The notes under the pieces were generated by a model that did not search any database, was not told where the DNA came from, and saw nothing but the letters and a program-made list of their open reading frames with translations. From assembly GCF_018350175.1 (NCBI RefSeq), contig NC_058368.1:125304001-125368000 (forward strand): a DNA stretch of 64,000 bases, given 5' to 3'. A program made the position numbers and the translations under genes. Positions 25,450-38,317 of the stretch are shown here, piece by piece (position 1 is the stretch's first letter; each line of letters begins with the position of its first letter). Origin of the DNA: Felis catus. Taxonomy: Eukaryota.

Positions 25450-26056
25450 TTTTTCATTTTGTTAATGATTACTTTTTCTGGCAGAAACTTTTTAGTTTGA
25501 TGTAGTTCCTTGTTTACTTTTGATTTTGTTCCTTTGCTTTTGGTACCAAATCCAAAAAATAATCTTGGCCCAAACCTATGTTAAGGAGCTTACATCCTGG
25601 ATTTTCTTCTAGGAATTTTATGGTTTTAGGTCTTACATTCAAGTCTTTAATCCATTTGAATTGATTTTTGTGTATGGTGTAAGAAAGTGGTCTAGTTTCA
25701 TTCTTTTTCATGTGGTAGTCTAGTTTTCCCAATTATTGAAAAGACTGTCCTTTCCCCATTGTATATTCTTGGCTGTTTGTTGTAAATCAATTGATCATGT
25801 AAGTGTGAGTTTATTTTTGGGGTCTCTATTCTGTTCTATTGATCTATGTGTCTGTACCTATACCATACAGTTTTAATGACTATAGCTTTGTAGTATAGTT
25901 GAAAATCAAGGGGTGTGATGCCTTTAGCTTAGTTCTTGTTTCTCAAGATTGATTTGGCTATTTGGGATCCTTTGTGGTTCCATACAAATTTTAGGATTAT
26001 TTGTTCTATTTCTATGAAAAATGCCATTGGAATTTTGATAGGGATTGCACTGAATA
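25450..26056 (-). mobile_element. L1 ORF2 C-terminal fragment
   Basis: ORF 25514-25732 contains KWIKDLNVRPKTIKFLEEN (L1 ORF2p). Confidence 0.92.
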
Positions 26057-26071
26057 TATATGAAAGCAGTG

Positions 26072-26290
26072 TTTTAAAATTTTTTAAAAAAATGTTTAAT
26101 TATATTTGAGAAAGAGAGAGAGATAGAGTGAGACAGAATGCAAGTGGGGGAAAGGCAGAGAGAGAGGGAGACACAGAATCCGAAGCAGGCTGACAGCTCA
26201 GAGCCTGATGTGGGGCTTGAACTCACCAGCTGTGAGATCATGACCTGAGCCAAAGTCAGACGACTAACCGACTGAGCCACCCACGTGCTC
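26072..26290 (-). mobile_element. CanSINE
   Basis: TSD tgaaagcagtgtttt. Confidence 0.95.
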
Positions 26291-26386
26291 TGAAAGCAGT
26301 GTTTTAAATAATTTGTCTATGTCTGCTAAATTTTACAATGATATTTCTGAGTCAGACTCCCACATCAAAAGCAGTTTAGAACCCAT

Positions 26387-26387
<1 letters not shown>

Positions 26388-26434
<47 letters not shown>

Positions 26435-26535
26435 ATATATATAATATAATATATATCCATATATATGTATATATATTATGTATATATGGATATATATATG
26501 GATATATATTTTATATGGGTGTATATATATATTTA
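26388..26535. repeat. (TA)n microsatellite at a SINE tail
   Basis: Directly visible. Confidence 0.95.
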
Positions 26536-26755
26536 TATTTGTAATGTGTATTTATTTATTTGTTTTGAGAGACAGAGAGCGACAGTGTGAGCAGGGGAGG
26601 GGCAGAGAGAGAGGGAGAGAGAGAATCCCAAGCGGGCTGTGCATTGAGTGCAGAGCCTGATGCAGGGCTAGATCCCATGAACTATGAGCTCATGACCTGT
26701 GCTGAAACCAAGAGTTGGACATTCAACTGACTGAGCCACCAAGGCACCCCCCCCC
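26536..26755 (-). mobile_element. CanSINE
   Basis: Reverse SINE ending gccaccaaggcacccc. Confidence 0.93.
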
Positions 26756-27366
26756 CAATTCTTATACATTTTAAAATTACAGTCTAATTTGGAAATTTCA
26801 TTTTGCATTAGGAATGTTGTAGCAGAATGAAGATGAATATCACCTATACATTTTATAATATTCAAGTCAATATGAATTAGATTGCTTTAAAATTCATTAA
26901 TTGCTTTGTATTGGACAACCTCTTTCTCCGTTTCTTAGAAACTCAAGACAGAAATTTTTCATTTTTACTTTGGAGAATTCCAAACTTTTGCATGTTTTAT
27001 TTGGACACACTTTGAGAGCTACAAACCTGTCTACTTTTTATGCAAAGTATCTTTCTTTTAGAAATAGCATTGTGGGGAGAATGTGTGTGAGGTATAGATG
27101 TTCAGTACCCAATAAAATAAAAAATATCAATCCATATCCTAGACCAGCCATCATTTATGAGATGACTGTTGGTAGACAACCTGCCTTGGAGATATGGTTT
27201 GCCCTGCTCACATCACCAAGAAGTGCTCTGTGAGCTCACCATTTAGAAAAATGCCTGGTACCTAGTGTCCCAGCTGTCTGTGGGTTAGGTGAGGTGATCT
27301 CTCATATAATATTTCATTGCTTTGAGACACCAGTGGTTGCACCATTGATTTAATAATAGCTTTTTA

Positions 27367-27607
27367 GGGGGCACCTGGGTGGCTCAGTCAGTTTAGTGTC
27401 TGACTCTTGATTTTGCCTCAGGTCATGATCTCACTGTTGGTGAGTTCGAGCCCTCATCAAGTCCCGAGTCTGGCTCTATGCTTACATAGACTTCTTGGGA
27501 TTCTCTCTCTCCACCCCCCTCTCTCTCTGCCCCTTCCCCGCTCACACACACTTGCATGCTTGCATTCTCTCTCTCTCAAAATAAATAAATAAACATTAAA
27601 GAAAAAT
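27367..27607 (+). mobile_element. CanSINE
   Basis: TSD aataat(a/t)gctttttag. Confidence 0.95.
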
Positions 27608-27767
27608 AATTGCTTTTTAGGAAAAAAATGTGCCACATCAATTATTGATTGCGTTGATTCTAGAAACTTTAAAATGTGAAAAAAATTTTCATTTTAGAAT
27701 CAAAGAAATAATAAAGCTACACACATGTGCCTAGCATTTTTCTAATTTTTGTATATTTAGAAGATTG

Positions 27768-28064
27768 GGACTTCTCAGTGGTTCACTCACTGCGGACAGG
27801 CCTTCTCTACCTCAGGAAAAAAAAATACATATGGCTTCCTGTAGTCCCAGTTAGCATTCCAATGGGAAGGAAGCACTTACTTTCAATGCTTCTCTATCCA
27901 CTACGGGGAAGGACATTATACCTTTTCTGGCTCTGAATTATGTGCCACTGTTGCTGAGGAATACATCATAATGATTGGTCTTGTCAGGACCATGAGCATC
28001 CTACCCATTATCAAAGGGGCTGAAACCAAGAAGGAAGGAAATGGAAAAGCCACTGAGCAGAATA
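27768..28064 (-). repeat. Right arm of the perfect 297-bp inverted repeat
   Basis: Exact reverse complement of 23185-23481. ORFs 23313-23507(-) and 27727-27936(+) share an identical peptide. Confidence 0.98.
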
Positions 28065-28658
28065 TTGCCTCCTACATATCTCTATCATACATATAATTTA
28101 TTGGAGCATGGTTTGTAAATATTACTGTAAATTGAGAGGGGATACAGAATGTCATTGAACAGAAAAAAAAGAAAACTGTCATAAAAGTGGTACTAGCCAA
28201 AGGAAGCTGAAATGGTAAGGAAGGCAAGCTAAAGGCAGCAGATATTTACTGAAATATTTCAGGACTCAATAAAATAAATAATATTCACTGACAGCAATCA
28301 GGACCCCATAAACAGATTGCCAGCAAACTGCTCTCTGTTCCCAGGGAATGTCCCCACAAAAAGAAATTAGTGTAAAATTTGGGCAATTGTTTTGCAAACC
28401 ACAAAAGAGCATCTGAATGTTGTGTTGTTTTCCACATTTGTTCTTGCTTAGCTGAGAACAGAAAGCTGCAGATGGCCATCAGTCATGAATTTTGAGGCTG
28501 AGAGTGATTTCTTGGCCATTACGGATAGTTTTGGGAGGGGCCAGACTCCCATGGCCTTGAATTCAGTCATTGCCCTTTCTCTCTCTTTCTGTAGCCCCAT
28601 TCCTCCCAACCCAAGGTATCAATCCTGCCCTGTTACTGTGCAGGATGGAATATGCCTG

Positions 28659-28660
<2 letters not shown>

Positions 28661-28710
<50 letters not shown>
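28661..28710. repeat. (GT)n microsatellite
   Basis: Directly visible. Confidence 0.97.
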
Positions 28711-28714
<4 letters not shown>

Positions 28715-29106
28715 CAATATAGCTTCACATTTCTTCAACTGCTGATTCTTTGGGGCCAGATTAGGAATTTGCAACTATCTATTCCGGCTCCCTCAACCTC
28801 CAGGCTTTTAGTTTTTCCATTCATTAGCACTTCCCCCAGAATTTGGCCAAAATACAGAAAGGACATGGTTTCAAAGGTACAAAAAGATTCAATGGAGAAG
28901 TAGGTTAAAATTGATAAAGAGAAGTTTTCAGATCCTGTGTTAGGATGTTGGCTGACCTGAGCCAGTTATCAGGTTCAGACTTAGGAGTGTGAAGGATGCC
29001 ATGCCTGAGTGTCTACAGAATTCTAGTGCAGCTGTTCTGGCCCTGTTAGAAGACAATTGATAATTAGCAACAGAAATTTTTTCACCCCTTGTTTATTGTT
29101 GCTTTT

Positions 29107-29488
29107 CATTATTATTATTTTAATTTTTATTGTCGTAAAATCCATATAATACAAAATTTATCATCTTAACCATTTCTAAATGTATATTTTAGTAGAACTA
29201 AGTACATTCACACTGTCATACAGCCAAGCTCCAGAAACGTTCATCTTGCAAAATTGAAACACTGTACCAATTAAACAACAATCTCCCACATCTCCCTTCC
29301 CTCAGCCCCTGGCAGCCACCATTCTATTTTCTGTCTCTGTGAATTTGACTATTTTAGACATTTTATATGAGTGGACTCATACAGTATTTGTCCTTTTGTT
29401 TCTGGCTTATTTCATTTAGCATAATGTCCTCAAGGGTCATCCATGTTATCATAGGTGTCAGAATGTCCTTCCTTTTTCAGGCTGAATG
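29107..29488 (-). mobile_element. L1MA/MB 3' end
   Basis: aagtacattcaca...cagcccctggcagccaccattcta...ttctggcttatttcatttagcataatg. Confidence 0.88.
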
Positions 29489-29746
29489 GACAGACAATTT
29501 TAAAGAATTTAGAGAGTTGACCACATTGGCCAGGCACATAGAGGGCACTTAATAGCCATAGGATAATTTTTATTTTTCAGGTCATGTTTCTTAAAGTGAT
29601 TTAAGTATTTGTGTTTCCAACTTTCAATAAGCAGAACCAGTAAGAATGCCCTGTGGGTGTGGATGATGGATGGAGGAGACCTATCTGAGGATGCTCTGAG
29701 AGTCGCTGCATGTTCTACAAATGGTCTCTGCCCTTGCTGGCTTTTG

Positions 29747-29819
29747 TAAAACAAAACAAAACAAAACAAAACAAAACAAAACAAAACAAAACAAAACAAA
29801 ACAAAACAAAACAAAAAAA
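29747..29819. repeat. (AAAAC)n microsatellite
   Basis: Directly visible. Confidence 0.97.
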
Positions 29820-29839
29820 GACCTTCCTTTTTCACTTTG

Positions 29840-30321
29840 AGTGGTGGTCTCAAGTTAGGTGGGTCATGATTCTGCCCTCCTCCATGGGATATTTGGCATC
29901 ATCTGTAGGCATTTTTTTTAATTAAAAAATTTTTTTATTAAAAAAACTTTTTAAAATATTTGTTTTTGAGAGAGAGAGGCAGAGCATGAGCTGGGAAGGG
30001 GCAGAGAGAGGGAGACACAGCATCTGAAGCAGGCTCCAGGCTCCGAGCTGCCAGCACAGAGTGCGCCCCGGGGCTCCAACTTACGGACTGCAAGATCATG
30101 ATCTGAGCCGAAGTTGGACGCTCAACTGACTGAGCCACCCAGGTGCCCCTGTAGGCATTTTTGATTGTCACAACTTGGGGTGTGGTGGTGTGCTGTTAGC
30201 ATCTAGCGGGTAGAGGCCAGGGATGCTGTTAAACATCCTACAATTCACGGGACAGCCCCCCACCACCTCCCAAAAAGAATATCTAGTCCATAGGTTAATA
30301 GGGCTGAGGTTGAGAAACCCT
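29840..30321. mobile_element. MER20 interrupted by a SINE
   Basis: gcatctagcgggtagaggccagggatgctgttaaacatcctaca...gaggttgagaaaccct. Confidence 0.88.
29912..30149 (-). mobile_element. CanSINE (SINEC_Fc)
   Basis: TSD ctgtaggcatttt. Confidence 0.95.
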
Positions 30322-31431
30322 ACCACAGAGGCAGAAATTCAAGAAGGTCACACTGTGTATGTAAGTGCAGTCAACAGAGAACTTCCAATCATTACACATA
30401 CTGATGATTCTCCTCTCTGAGATCTGGCATATACTGAAATAGAACAACGTCCATCTACGTCAAATGCTCAAAGTTGATACAAAAGATCACATCAACAGAG
30501 GCTTTCTTACCTAAACACCATTTATCTAAACACAAAGCCCTTCAAACAGCTGACATTCAGGGAACACAGCCTCTGCCCTGCTCTGGGAGCCCCAACCCAG
30601 AATATTTCATGCTAACGTAAACAGGATAAGTCTTTTCAGCTGCAGTGCTGTTTACCCGGAACCTGCTAGAATAAACTAGGTTGTTAACTTTAATTTAGTC
30701 AGCAGCAGTAAACACCAGGGTTCTTCCATTTGTTGAGAAGCAACAAATGTGTGGGCACATCTGACAGATGCTGTAATCTGGATTTGCCAAATTCTGAGGA
30801 GCACTTTGGAGGACTTTTTTCCCAAGCAAATGATGAACTTATCGATAATAGCCTCCTTCCCTGACAGCAAAGAGCCAATTTAAAAGTGGAAGAATCAAGT
30901 CTCATAGCTTTGCTCTGATTGGGGGTGGGAATGGAAATGACCCCTGGTGTTTCCCATTACAGCTGGGAATCAGTGAGTCAGTGATTGAGTTGAAAATGAA
31001 ATAGGAAAGTTTTGTATATTATTTTTCTCCCCATAGGTGGAGAAAATACCATGTAATAAAAATCGTACAAGACTTTTTCACCTTTGCCACATTAGAATTC
31101 CCACCTAGAGGAGAGCAGGGAAAAAACTCTCAATACTGAAAAGAAATGCCATGTAGCTCAGCATCCCTTAGAGGTCCAGTGCCACCCTACTTAAGAGCAG
31201 AGGCATCCCTTTTTGTTGTAAGTATATTTCCATGCCAAAATGGACAGGCTTTGGTCTAAATCTGGCCAATCTGGTTGAACTAGAGAAAGCTCAAGTTCAA
31301 GTGTGGTAGGTAAATGCCTCACAGGGAAACACAAGTGAGTTCACTTCCGGGGGCTCATTTCACTTACGCCTTTTCTATTATTTCCTCCTGTCTTTTGCTC
31401 CATTTGACTTATTAGAGTTATAGTTGGTCCT

Positions 31432-31662
31432 CAGTGCAGTGGTTAGGAGTCCAGGCTGTAGATTAGAATCTGCAGATTTGAATCTTGGCTCTGCTACTAC
31501 TAGCTGAGTGTGCTTTTGCATATCATTTTCCTCCCTTGCAAAATAAGTATGACAATACCTGTACTTACTTCATGTGGTTATGCTGGTTTAAATGACAGTA
31601 TTTGTAAAGCACCCAGAACAGCTCCAGACGAATGGTGAATACTGTACTTACTAAGTAAATAA
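31432..31662 (+). mobile_element. MIR
   Basis: gtggttaggag...tttgaatcttggctctgctact...tttgtaaagcacccagaacag. Confidence 0.75.
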
Positions 31663-32212
31663 AATGACATTTGACGTCTTAAACTGGAAGCTCTAAATTC
31701 AGGCATTAGACTGTAAGCAGACTTGGAGTCTGGCGTTAAATCGTTATGGGGTGCAGGTATCCTAAAAGTTAACCTGAATTTACCAAATAGCCCACTTCTG
31801 CAGGTCTGATTTTAACTGATTGTAGAAGCCTCCACCCTCTTAGGCCTGCCCTGCTAAGGGTGCCAGACATCCTGGAAAAAGTGTGAGGTGGTTTTTATCA
31901 GACCAGCAAGGGACAGTTATCTGCCTTTCCATCCACCAGGTAGGTGTGATGTTGAACTAACTGCAAATTGGGTGAAGCTGGGAGCTGAATATCAGAGGAC
32001 AAACTCTGTAGGACCTCTGGCATGGAGCTGTTTATGGCAATTCAGGCAGGAGGTGACAAGACCTGGGTCAAGGGGGCAGAACCAGCAACTCACACCAGCT
32101 GTGGGATGTGGCTGTTCTCACAGTCAACTGTGATGAGAGAAACTACAACAGGTGACTTATTCAGCAGAGAAAAGGGAATTGGGAAGGGGTATTTGCAGCC
32201 TGTATGGAAGAG

Positions 32213-32428
32213 TTTTTTTCCCCCCCTAAAGTTTCTTTATTTACTTTGAGAGAAGAGAGTGAGCAAGCATATGAGTGAGTGGAGGAGGGGCAGAGAGAGA
32301 GGGAGAGAGAGAGAATCCCAAGCACGGTCCGCACTGAGGTGGGGCTCAAACTCCAAGAACAGCAAGATCATGACCTGAGGCGAAGTCAAGAGTCAGACGC
32401 TTAACCAACTGAGTCACCCAGGCACCCC
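32213..32428 (-). mobile_element. CanSINE
   Basis: TSD tggaagagt. Confidence 0.93.
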
Positions 32429-33568
32429 TGTGGAAGAGTGTTAATGCCCACTTCTCCTATCACAACCTGCTAAACAGTGAGGGCTTTAGCTTCTTCCTCC
32501 TCTGGGCCCCTGGAGTTCTTCATCTCGGGCTCACTTCCCCTAGGAGGAGGGGTGAAGACCAGTGGTCTACAATTATGGACATTTGGGGGTCTCTCAATGA
32601 AACAGTAAAGTTCTGCTTGATTACCCTACAGTGAAGCCCATCAAGTGTAAGCTGTGCGGGTGCACTGGAGCTTCTGATTTAGTGCTCTCTCCTTAGATGT
32701 GAAGGCGGGTCAGGGACTGCTTGAACCAAGGCCAGCTGAGCATAGCAAGGAGCAGGCTGGCACTTCCATCCCAGCCTGGTTCTCTGACACCTTCTTTCTC
32801 TAGAGCCCTCTTATTCCCCTGTGTAACAGGGAGGGCACAGATGGCTTTGAAGGAAACAAACAAACAAAATGACTTGGAAAACAATTGTATACAAATAGCT
32901 TGCCTACTCTCTTGAATCCTGAGAAAGTTCAGCCAAAACAGCATGAAAAAATTTTCAAGTCTCAAGTGCCTGTGTGCGGGCTAGCATGGACACGGCTCTA
33001 TAGAGAGAGATTGGTAAATATCATACACGTTGCTGCCTGTAAAATTGTTACTTCCCACTTTATGTTTTTCCTTTGAATTTCCTATGGACAATATTCTTGG
33101 TATTTGAGGTTGAAGAGAGTAGGGAAGGAGGCAGGAAGGAATTAATTATTTGGAGGAGAGCAGAATGGAATTAAGACTGATAACCAAAGGGTGACTATTC
33201 CCCATCTGCCTTGAATTTGGGGGAAGAAAGGCTGGTTTTGAGTAGGGGAAGCCTAGTGCCTGGCACACCCACTGCTCCCTCAGATTTAGCTTGATTTTTA
33301 TCCATCTCCTCGAGGAGAGAAAGGACTGGCCCTCTGAGAGCAGAGGGCTCAGACCTAACTGCTCCTCTTGAATTGTCCACTTCCTTATTCTTAAAGAGAA
33401 CCTTTCAGAGGTTAGCTCTCCCTGAAGGACTTTTGGAGCCCATAAATGTGCTCTCCAAGCCCCAGGAAGGCCATGGTTTTTCCGAAAGGCTAACAACATA
33501 ATCATCCCACTAACTGTTCCCAGGGCTGATTTTTCACTTTCGTTGTCAGGATGCTTCATATTGGGCCT

Positions 33569-34289
33569 TGTTATGGATTGAATTGTGTTCCCCCAAATTT
33601 GTGTGTTGAAGTCCCGAGTACCTGTGACTATGACCCTATTTGGACAATGGTCTTTGTAAATGTAATTAGTTAGGAGAAGGTCATTAGGGTGAGTCCTAAT
33701 TCAGTATGACTCATGTCCTTATTTATTATTTAAAAAAATGTTTTAAAAATATTTATTTATTTTTGAGAAAGAGAGAGAGAGAGAGAGAGACAGAGAGACA
33801 GAGAGAGAGAGAGAGAGAGAGCAAGCAGGGGGAGGGACAGAGAGAGAGGAAGACACAGAATCCAAAGCAGGCTCCAGGCTCTGAGCTGTCAGCACAAAGC
33901 CCGATGTGGGGTTCGAACTCATGAACTGTGAGATGATGACCTGAGCTTAAATGACTGAGCCATCCAGGTGCCCCATCAGTATGACTCATGTCCTTATAAA
34001 AAGGGGATATTTGGAGACAAACAAAGACAACAGGGAGAATGCTTTGTGAACAAAGAAGGCAGAGATCAGTGTGATGTTTCTATAAGCAGGAAGTACAGAA
34101 GATTGCCAGCAAATCACCAGGAACTAGATGAGGGCCATAGAAGTCCCTCATGGTCCTTAGAAGGAACCAGACCTGCTGGCACCCTAATCTCAGATTTCCA
34201 GCCTCCACAACCGTGAGACAGTACATTCTGGTTGTTAAAGCCACCCAGTCTGTGATACTTTGTCGCAGCAGCTCTGGAAAATTAATACA
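33569..34289 (+). mobile_element. MLT1(B/C) solo LTR with inserted SINE
   Basis: TGttatggattgaattgtgttcc ... ggaaaattaataCA termini. Confidence 0.88.
33721..33974 (-). mobile_element. CanSINE inside MLT1
   Basis: 20-bp TSD tcagtatgactcatgtcctt. Confidence 0.95.
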
Positions 34290-35967
34290 GGGACCACTTG
34301 AAGGTTTGGACTTCCCAGAAGCAAACACACAAATTCATCACTGCAGGGATAATCGACTCCGCGTTGTCCACACAACCCTAGATGTGGCTTTTGCCAATAA
34401 CGTTTTGTGCAGTGACTCTTGGTTTCGTTATGTTCCGGATACCCCTATGTCTCTCTGGTGGAAAATTTCCTTGCTGCTTGAGGGTGTGGGGGGGGGACCA
34501 AGAATGGAGCTCTTTGTTTAGAATTTGCGTGGTATACATAAATAACGAGCATATGGGGAGCTTTCAAGCCAGAGGCATTTCAGAATTAGGCAAGGGAAGA
34601 GAGGCTTCATTTGTTAAAGACATTTCCTGTTCAAATTCATCAAGAGCTTCCCTACATCCTCCTTTCCCGGTGTCCTGCTTTCCCCACAAACCCCAAGTAT
34701 GTAAGAGGCTTTCTTAGCAGCGTAGGCCCAGCAGGATGTTGAGAGAAATGGATAAGAAAAAATAGTACATCAAACCAGATGAATGGAAAAAGCCCTGTTT
34801 CTTTCTATGCCTGTAACTGCAGAATTGTGAAAAACGAGTAAGAAAATTTCTTCTCAGTGAACATGCCATTAAGTGTGTCTAAAGCATTTATACAAAGGCC
34901 AGCCTTTAGAAATTAACCCCGGTTGTTTCCTTTTAGATACTGGGATGTGTCCTCAAGTTCTGCCTTCAGGCTTCACACAGAGACTTCTTATACTACTGGC
35001 TTGTGTCTGCCCCAGGTTGTATAGTGTGGTGAGTGGGTCAAGTTTAAGGTACAGAAGTTGCTCTGCTTCAGCCCTGGCACTCCAAAAAAGGCTTGGCCCT
35101 GGGACAATTTGGACTCCTTGTTCCCTGAATGCATGATGCCCCACTTAGTGGGTGTTATTTCTTATCATCATGTGAATGCTCCATAGCAGCTTTACCTAGT
35201 GGTTCTGGAAAAGCCCTTTTAAATTACACGATTTCATTAGCTGCCAGGGAAGTAGTGAGGTGAGCTGTGAAAAAGGCAGTTGCATTTGCTTGTGTCTGGG
35301 AAGGAGGTTGCCTTCTGGTTAGTCCAAGCATCCCATTTTCACACCCCATTAACAGGGTGTCAGTCTGATTTCTTCCTTTCAACCCAAACCACAGCCTTGG
35401 GAAAGCCAGCCAGCCTTCCAGTAGCTTCTGGTGCAGATCCTCATGGCTTCTTGGCCCAACTTAGTCAAGCGGTTTCTTACAACAGTTTCAGAAGAGGCAC
35501 TTCCACATTCAAATGTAGCCACAGGAACACATTGTAATGATAAATATACATTATCTGATTGCTTCGTATTTTGACTATGGTGCCTTCTAGACAAACCTCC
35601 TGAAGACCAATGTGTATAATTGGTAATTGGTAGTAATATTAGAAATGTAGAAGTAACAAAATAGTCATGATTTCTGCTCGTACAAATATTTGCTAAATGG
35701 TATGGTGCGAGAGGTAGACTATAGAATGAATATAGAGCATAAAACTGAAGAAGTCAGATTTAGGGAAGACTTGTTTTGTGCTAGGAAATGCATGTGGTTC
35801 TTTATCACGTCTCCTTACAGAGAAAAGAGACTGAGGTGCAGGAAGGGAGGGAAAGAGAGAGAGGCAAGGAGAAAGAAAACTTAGGTGCAGTTAGAGAACT
35901 TCTCCCATATTATCGAAAGGGTTATTTATATGAGTGTCATGAAAAGTCATTTAAGAGTCTGAGGGGA

Positions 35968-36203
35968 GGGGTGCCTGAGTGGCTCAGTCCATTAAGTGTC
36001 TGACTTAGGTTTAAGTCATGATCTCGAGGTCTGTGAGTTTGAGCTCTGCGTCAGGCTCTGTGCTGACAGCTCAGAGCCTGGAGCCTCCTTCAGATTCTGT
36101 CTCCCTCTTTCTGGCCTTCCCCCACTCATGCTCACATGCTCTTGCTCTCCCTCTCTCTGTCTCTCAAAAATGAATAAACATTAAAAAAAAAAATAAAAAA
36201 AAA
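35968..36203 (+). mobile_element. CanSINE (SINEC_Fc)
   Basis: TSD aagagtctgagggga. Confidence 0.95.
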
Positions 36204-36989
36204 GAGTCTGAGGGGAAGCATAAGGGAGGTAATCATGTAGTAACCAAACCAAACTATGTTTCTGATTTTCGGTAGGGTGAATTCCTTGAATAATGTTTTC
36301 AAGGTCAAGGCCCAAGCTGTTCTTTGAAATAATTGGCCTGTTGCCTGGAGTCAGTGGTTTGGCTTTGAAGACAAGTACACGAATTAAAAACAGCTTTCAG
36401 GAAGATTTTATTCTGCCCCAAGCCTACCACAGCTACTTGCACATAGTATGTCCTCAAATAAGATTTTTGTCTAATGGATGCATATAAGATTTTATACTGA
36501 AGGGTTGTTTGTAGCAGGCGGTATCTGTATGTATTTTTTCACTACAAATGAAGAGGAGAGACTTGTCTGAATTGCAGTAAGAGAAATACAGTTTAGAATT
36601 CCCAGCTGCAAGCAGAAGGAGTACTGGTAAGAGCTTAGCGGGGTTAATGAAGTTCTTTCTGGAAGTATTTATGGCAACATAAAGGCCAAGCATAGTCCCC
36701 TATAGAAGAAAGGGTAGGACCTTGATGCTCTGTTCCTTACTTCCCTTTCTCCCTCAATTTATTCTCTGCTAGGAGACCCAGCCATGCCCAGAAAAGTACT
36801 AAATCCCCCTGAGTGATGGGATTTTTTTTCTTATAGTCAAGATACTCTGTCTTTTTGAGGACACAAGAGTGACTCAGCTCATATTGCTGGAACCATGTTA
36901 TAGTATAAAAGGGGTTCATATCACTTAAGAATTGGTTCATCTGAGAGTAAAAGAGAACTCTGAATAAAATGGCAGAAACAGAATAGACA

Positions 36990-37561
36990 TTTAAGAATTT
37001 CAGTTCATGACATCATCAGGAACCACTATTCTGCCATCATGTCTACATTCTACCCAGGAGGAAAGGAAGGATGAATAAGGGCGTGATCCTTTCACTTCCC
37101 AGAAGGACACTACAAGGACACTTCCCAGAAGTTGCAAAAGACACTTTTGCTTACATCTCACTGGTCAGAACTTTGATGCACATACCCTAACTTTAGAATG
37201 GCTGAGTAATGTGGTTTCTTTCTTTCTTTTTTTTAAATTTTTTAATGTTTATTTATTTTTGAGAGAGAGAGAGAGAGAGAGGCAGGCTGCAAGTGGGGGT
37301 GGGGGGTGGGGTAGATAGACACAGAAACTGAGCAGGCTCCAGGCTCTGAGCTGTCAGCACAGAGCCCAACGCGAGGCTCAAACCTATGAACTGTGAGATC
37401 ATGACCTGAACCAAAGTCCATTGCTTAACCCACTGAGCCACCCAGGCGCCCCAGTGTGGTTTCGTTCTTGGGCATTAAAATACCAACTAAATATCTGGGG
37501 TTCTATTCAATGAAACCAGAGGAGAATGGTTAATAGGGGACAACTTGTAGTCTCTGCTATA
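36990..37561. mobile_element. Old MLT1(J/K-like) LTR remnant with inserted SINE
   Basis: cttcccagaag...gcttacatctcactggtcagaact...gtagtctctgctata. Confidence 0.55.
37217..37452 (-). mobile_element. CanSINE
   Basis: TSD gtggtttc. Confidence 0.94.
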
Positions 37562-38052
37562 GGGGTAAAATGGGCATCAGGGACGTTTAATGCAAAGCTT
37601 GTCACCTCAGCCATCAAAACATTATCTTTTCCTCCAATTGTCCACACTTAGATTCCCACCAATGGTAGGCTACTCTCAAATGGGAATCCCTCAACACTCC
37701 CCTTCATTCTTCTCTGGGTTTTTCTGAGTAGCTGAATTTGATTTTGAAATCTTGACAGCAGGAACTTAAAAGGCAAATCCTGAAGGCATTTACAAGGTCT
37801 TAGGGTCAGCCTGGGTTTCCTGGAGCACAGTACCTTTTCTAAGCTCTAATAGAAAAATGCAGAGGCAATAGGACTGGCTGGGGCCTGGGATTCTGCAGGT
37901 CCAACAAGCTCCCATGTGCTGCCATGCTGCTGGTGCCTAGACCATAGTTTCAGTGTGAGGATTTAAAGAAGGTTCTCTATGGCCGTCCAAGTCTCAATCT
38001 GTAGTAGAGTTTTTAGGTAGAGATGATGTGGTGGTGGTCAGAGTGTATCTGT

Positions 38053-38224
38053 CAGTGGTTCTTACATGCTGCTGTTCATAAGAATGCTTTGCAGAGCTTG
38101 TTAAAATATAGACTTCTAGATCCCGGCTAGCATGTCTCATGTAACAGGTGGCAGACATTTGAGTTTTATAACAGGCACTCTGGCTAATTTCTGATTAAGG
38201 TGTTCTAGGAGCTGCATTGTGAGT
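38053..38224. mobile_element. MER5-family fragment
   Basis: cagtggttctta...gagcttgttaaaatatagac...ttttataacagg...ttctgat. Confidence 0.55.
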
Positions 38225-38317
38225 AATATTGGCACCAGGTATCTCTGCAGGCAACTGTCTGGGTCAAAAGCCTGTAAGATCCTGGCATTCTGAGATTTCT
38301 TTAAATAACGTAGCTTA

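Noticed and set aside
25046..27015. AT-rich pieces between SINE/L1 inserts that might be a decayed Charlie/hAT element
   Set aside because: The termini match only weakly and the family cannot be assigned by eye.
23313..27936. Two ORFs with an identical peptide (DFSVVHSLRTG...LYLFWL), suggesting a duplicated gene
   Set aside because: This is a by-product of the 297-bp inverted duplication of LTR-like DNA, with no recognisable protein similarity.
23179..28074. Possible TIR/foldback DNA transposon with 8-bp TSD
   Set aside because: The direct repeat is not flush with the arms, no transposase ORF is present, and the spacer is ordinary old genomic DNA. A rearrangement explains it better.
30426..30448. 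catatactgaaatagaac resembles the U6 snRNA 5' region
   Set aside because: The match is too short and mismatched, with no flanking U6 sequence, tail or TSD.
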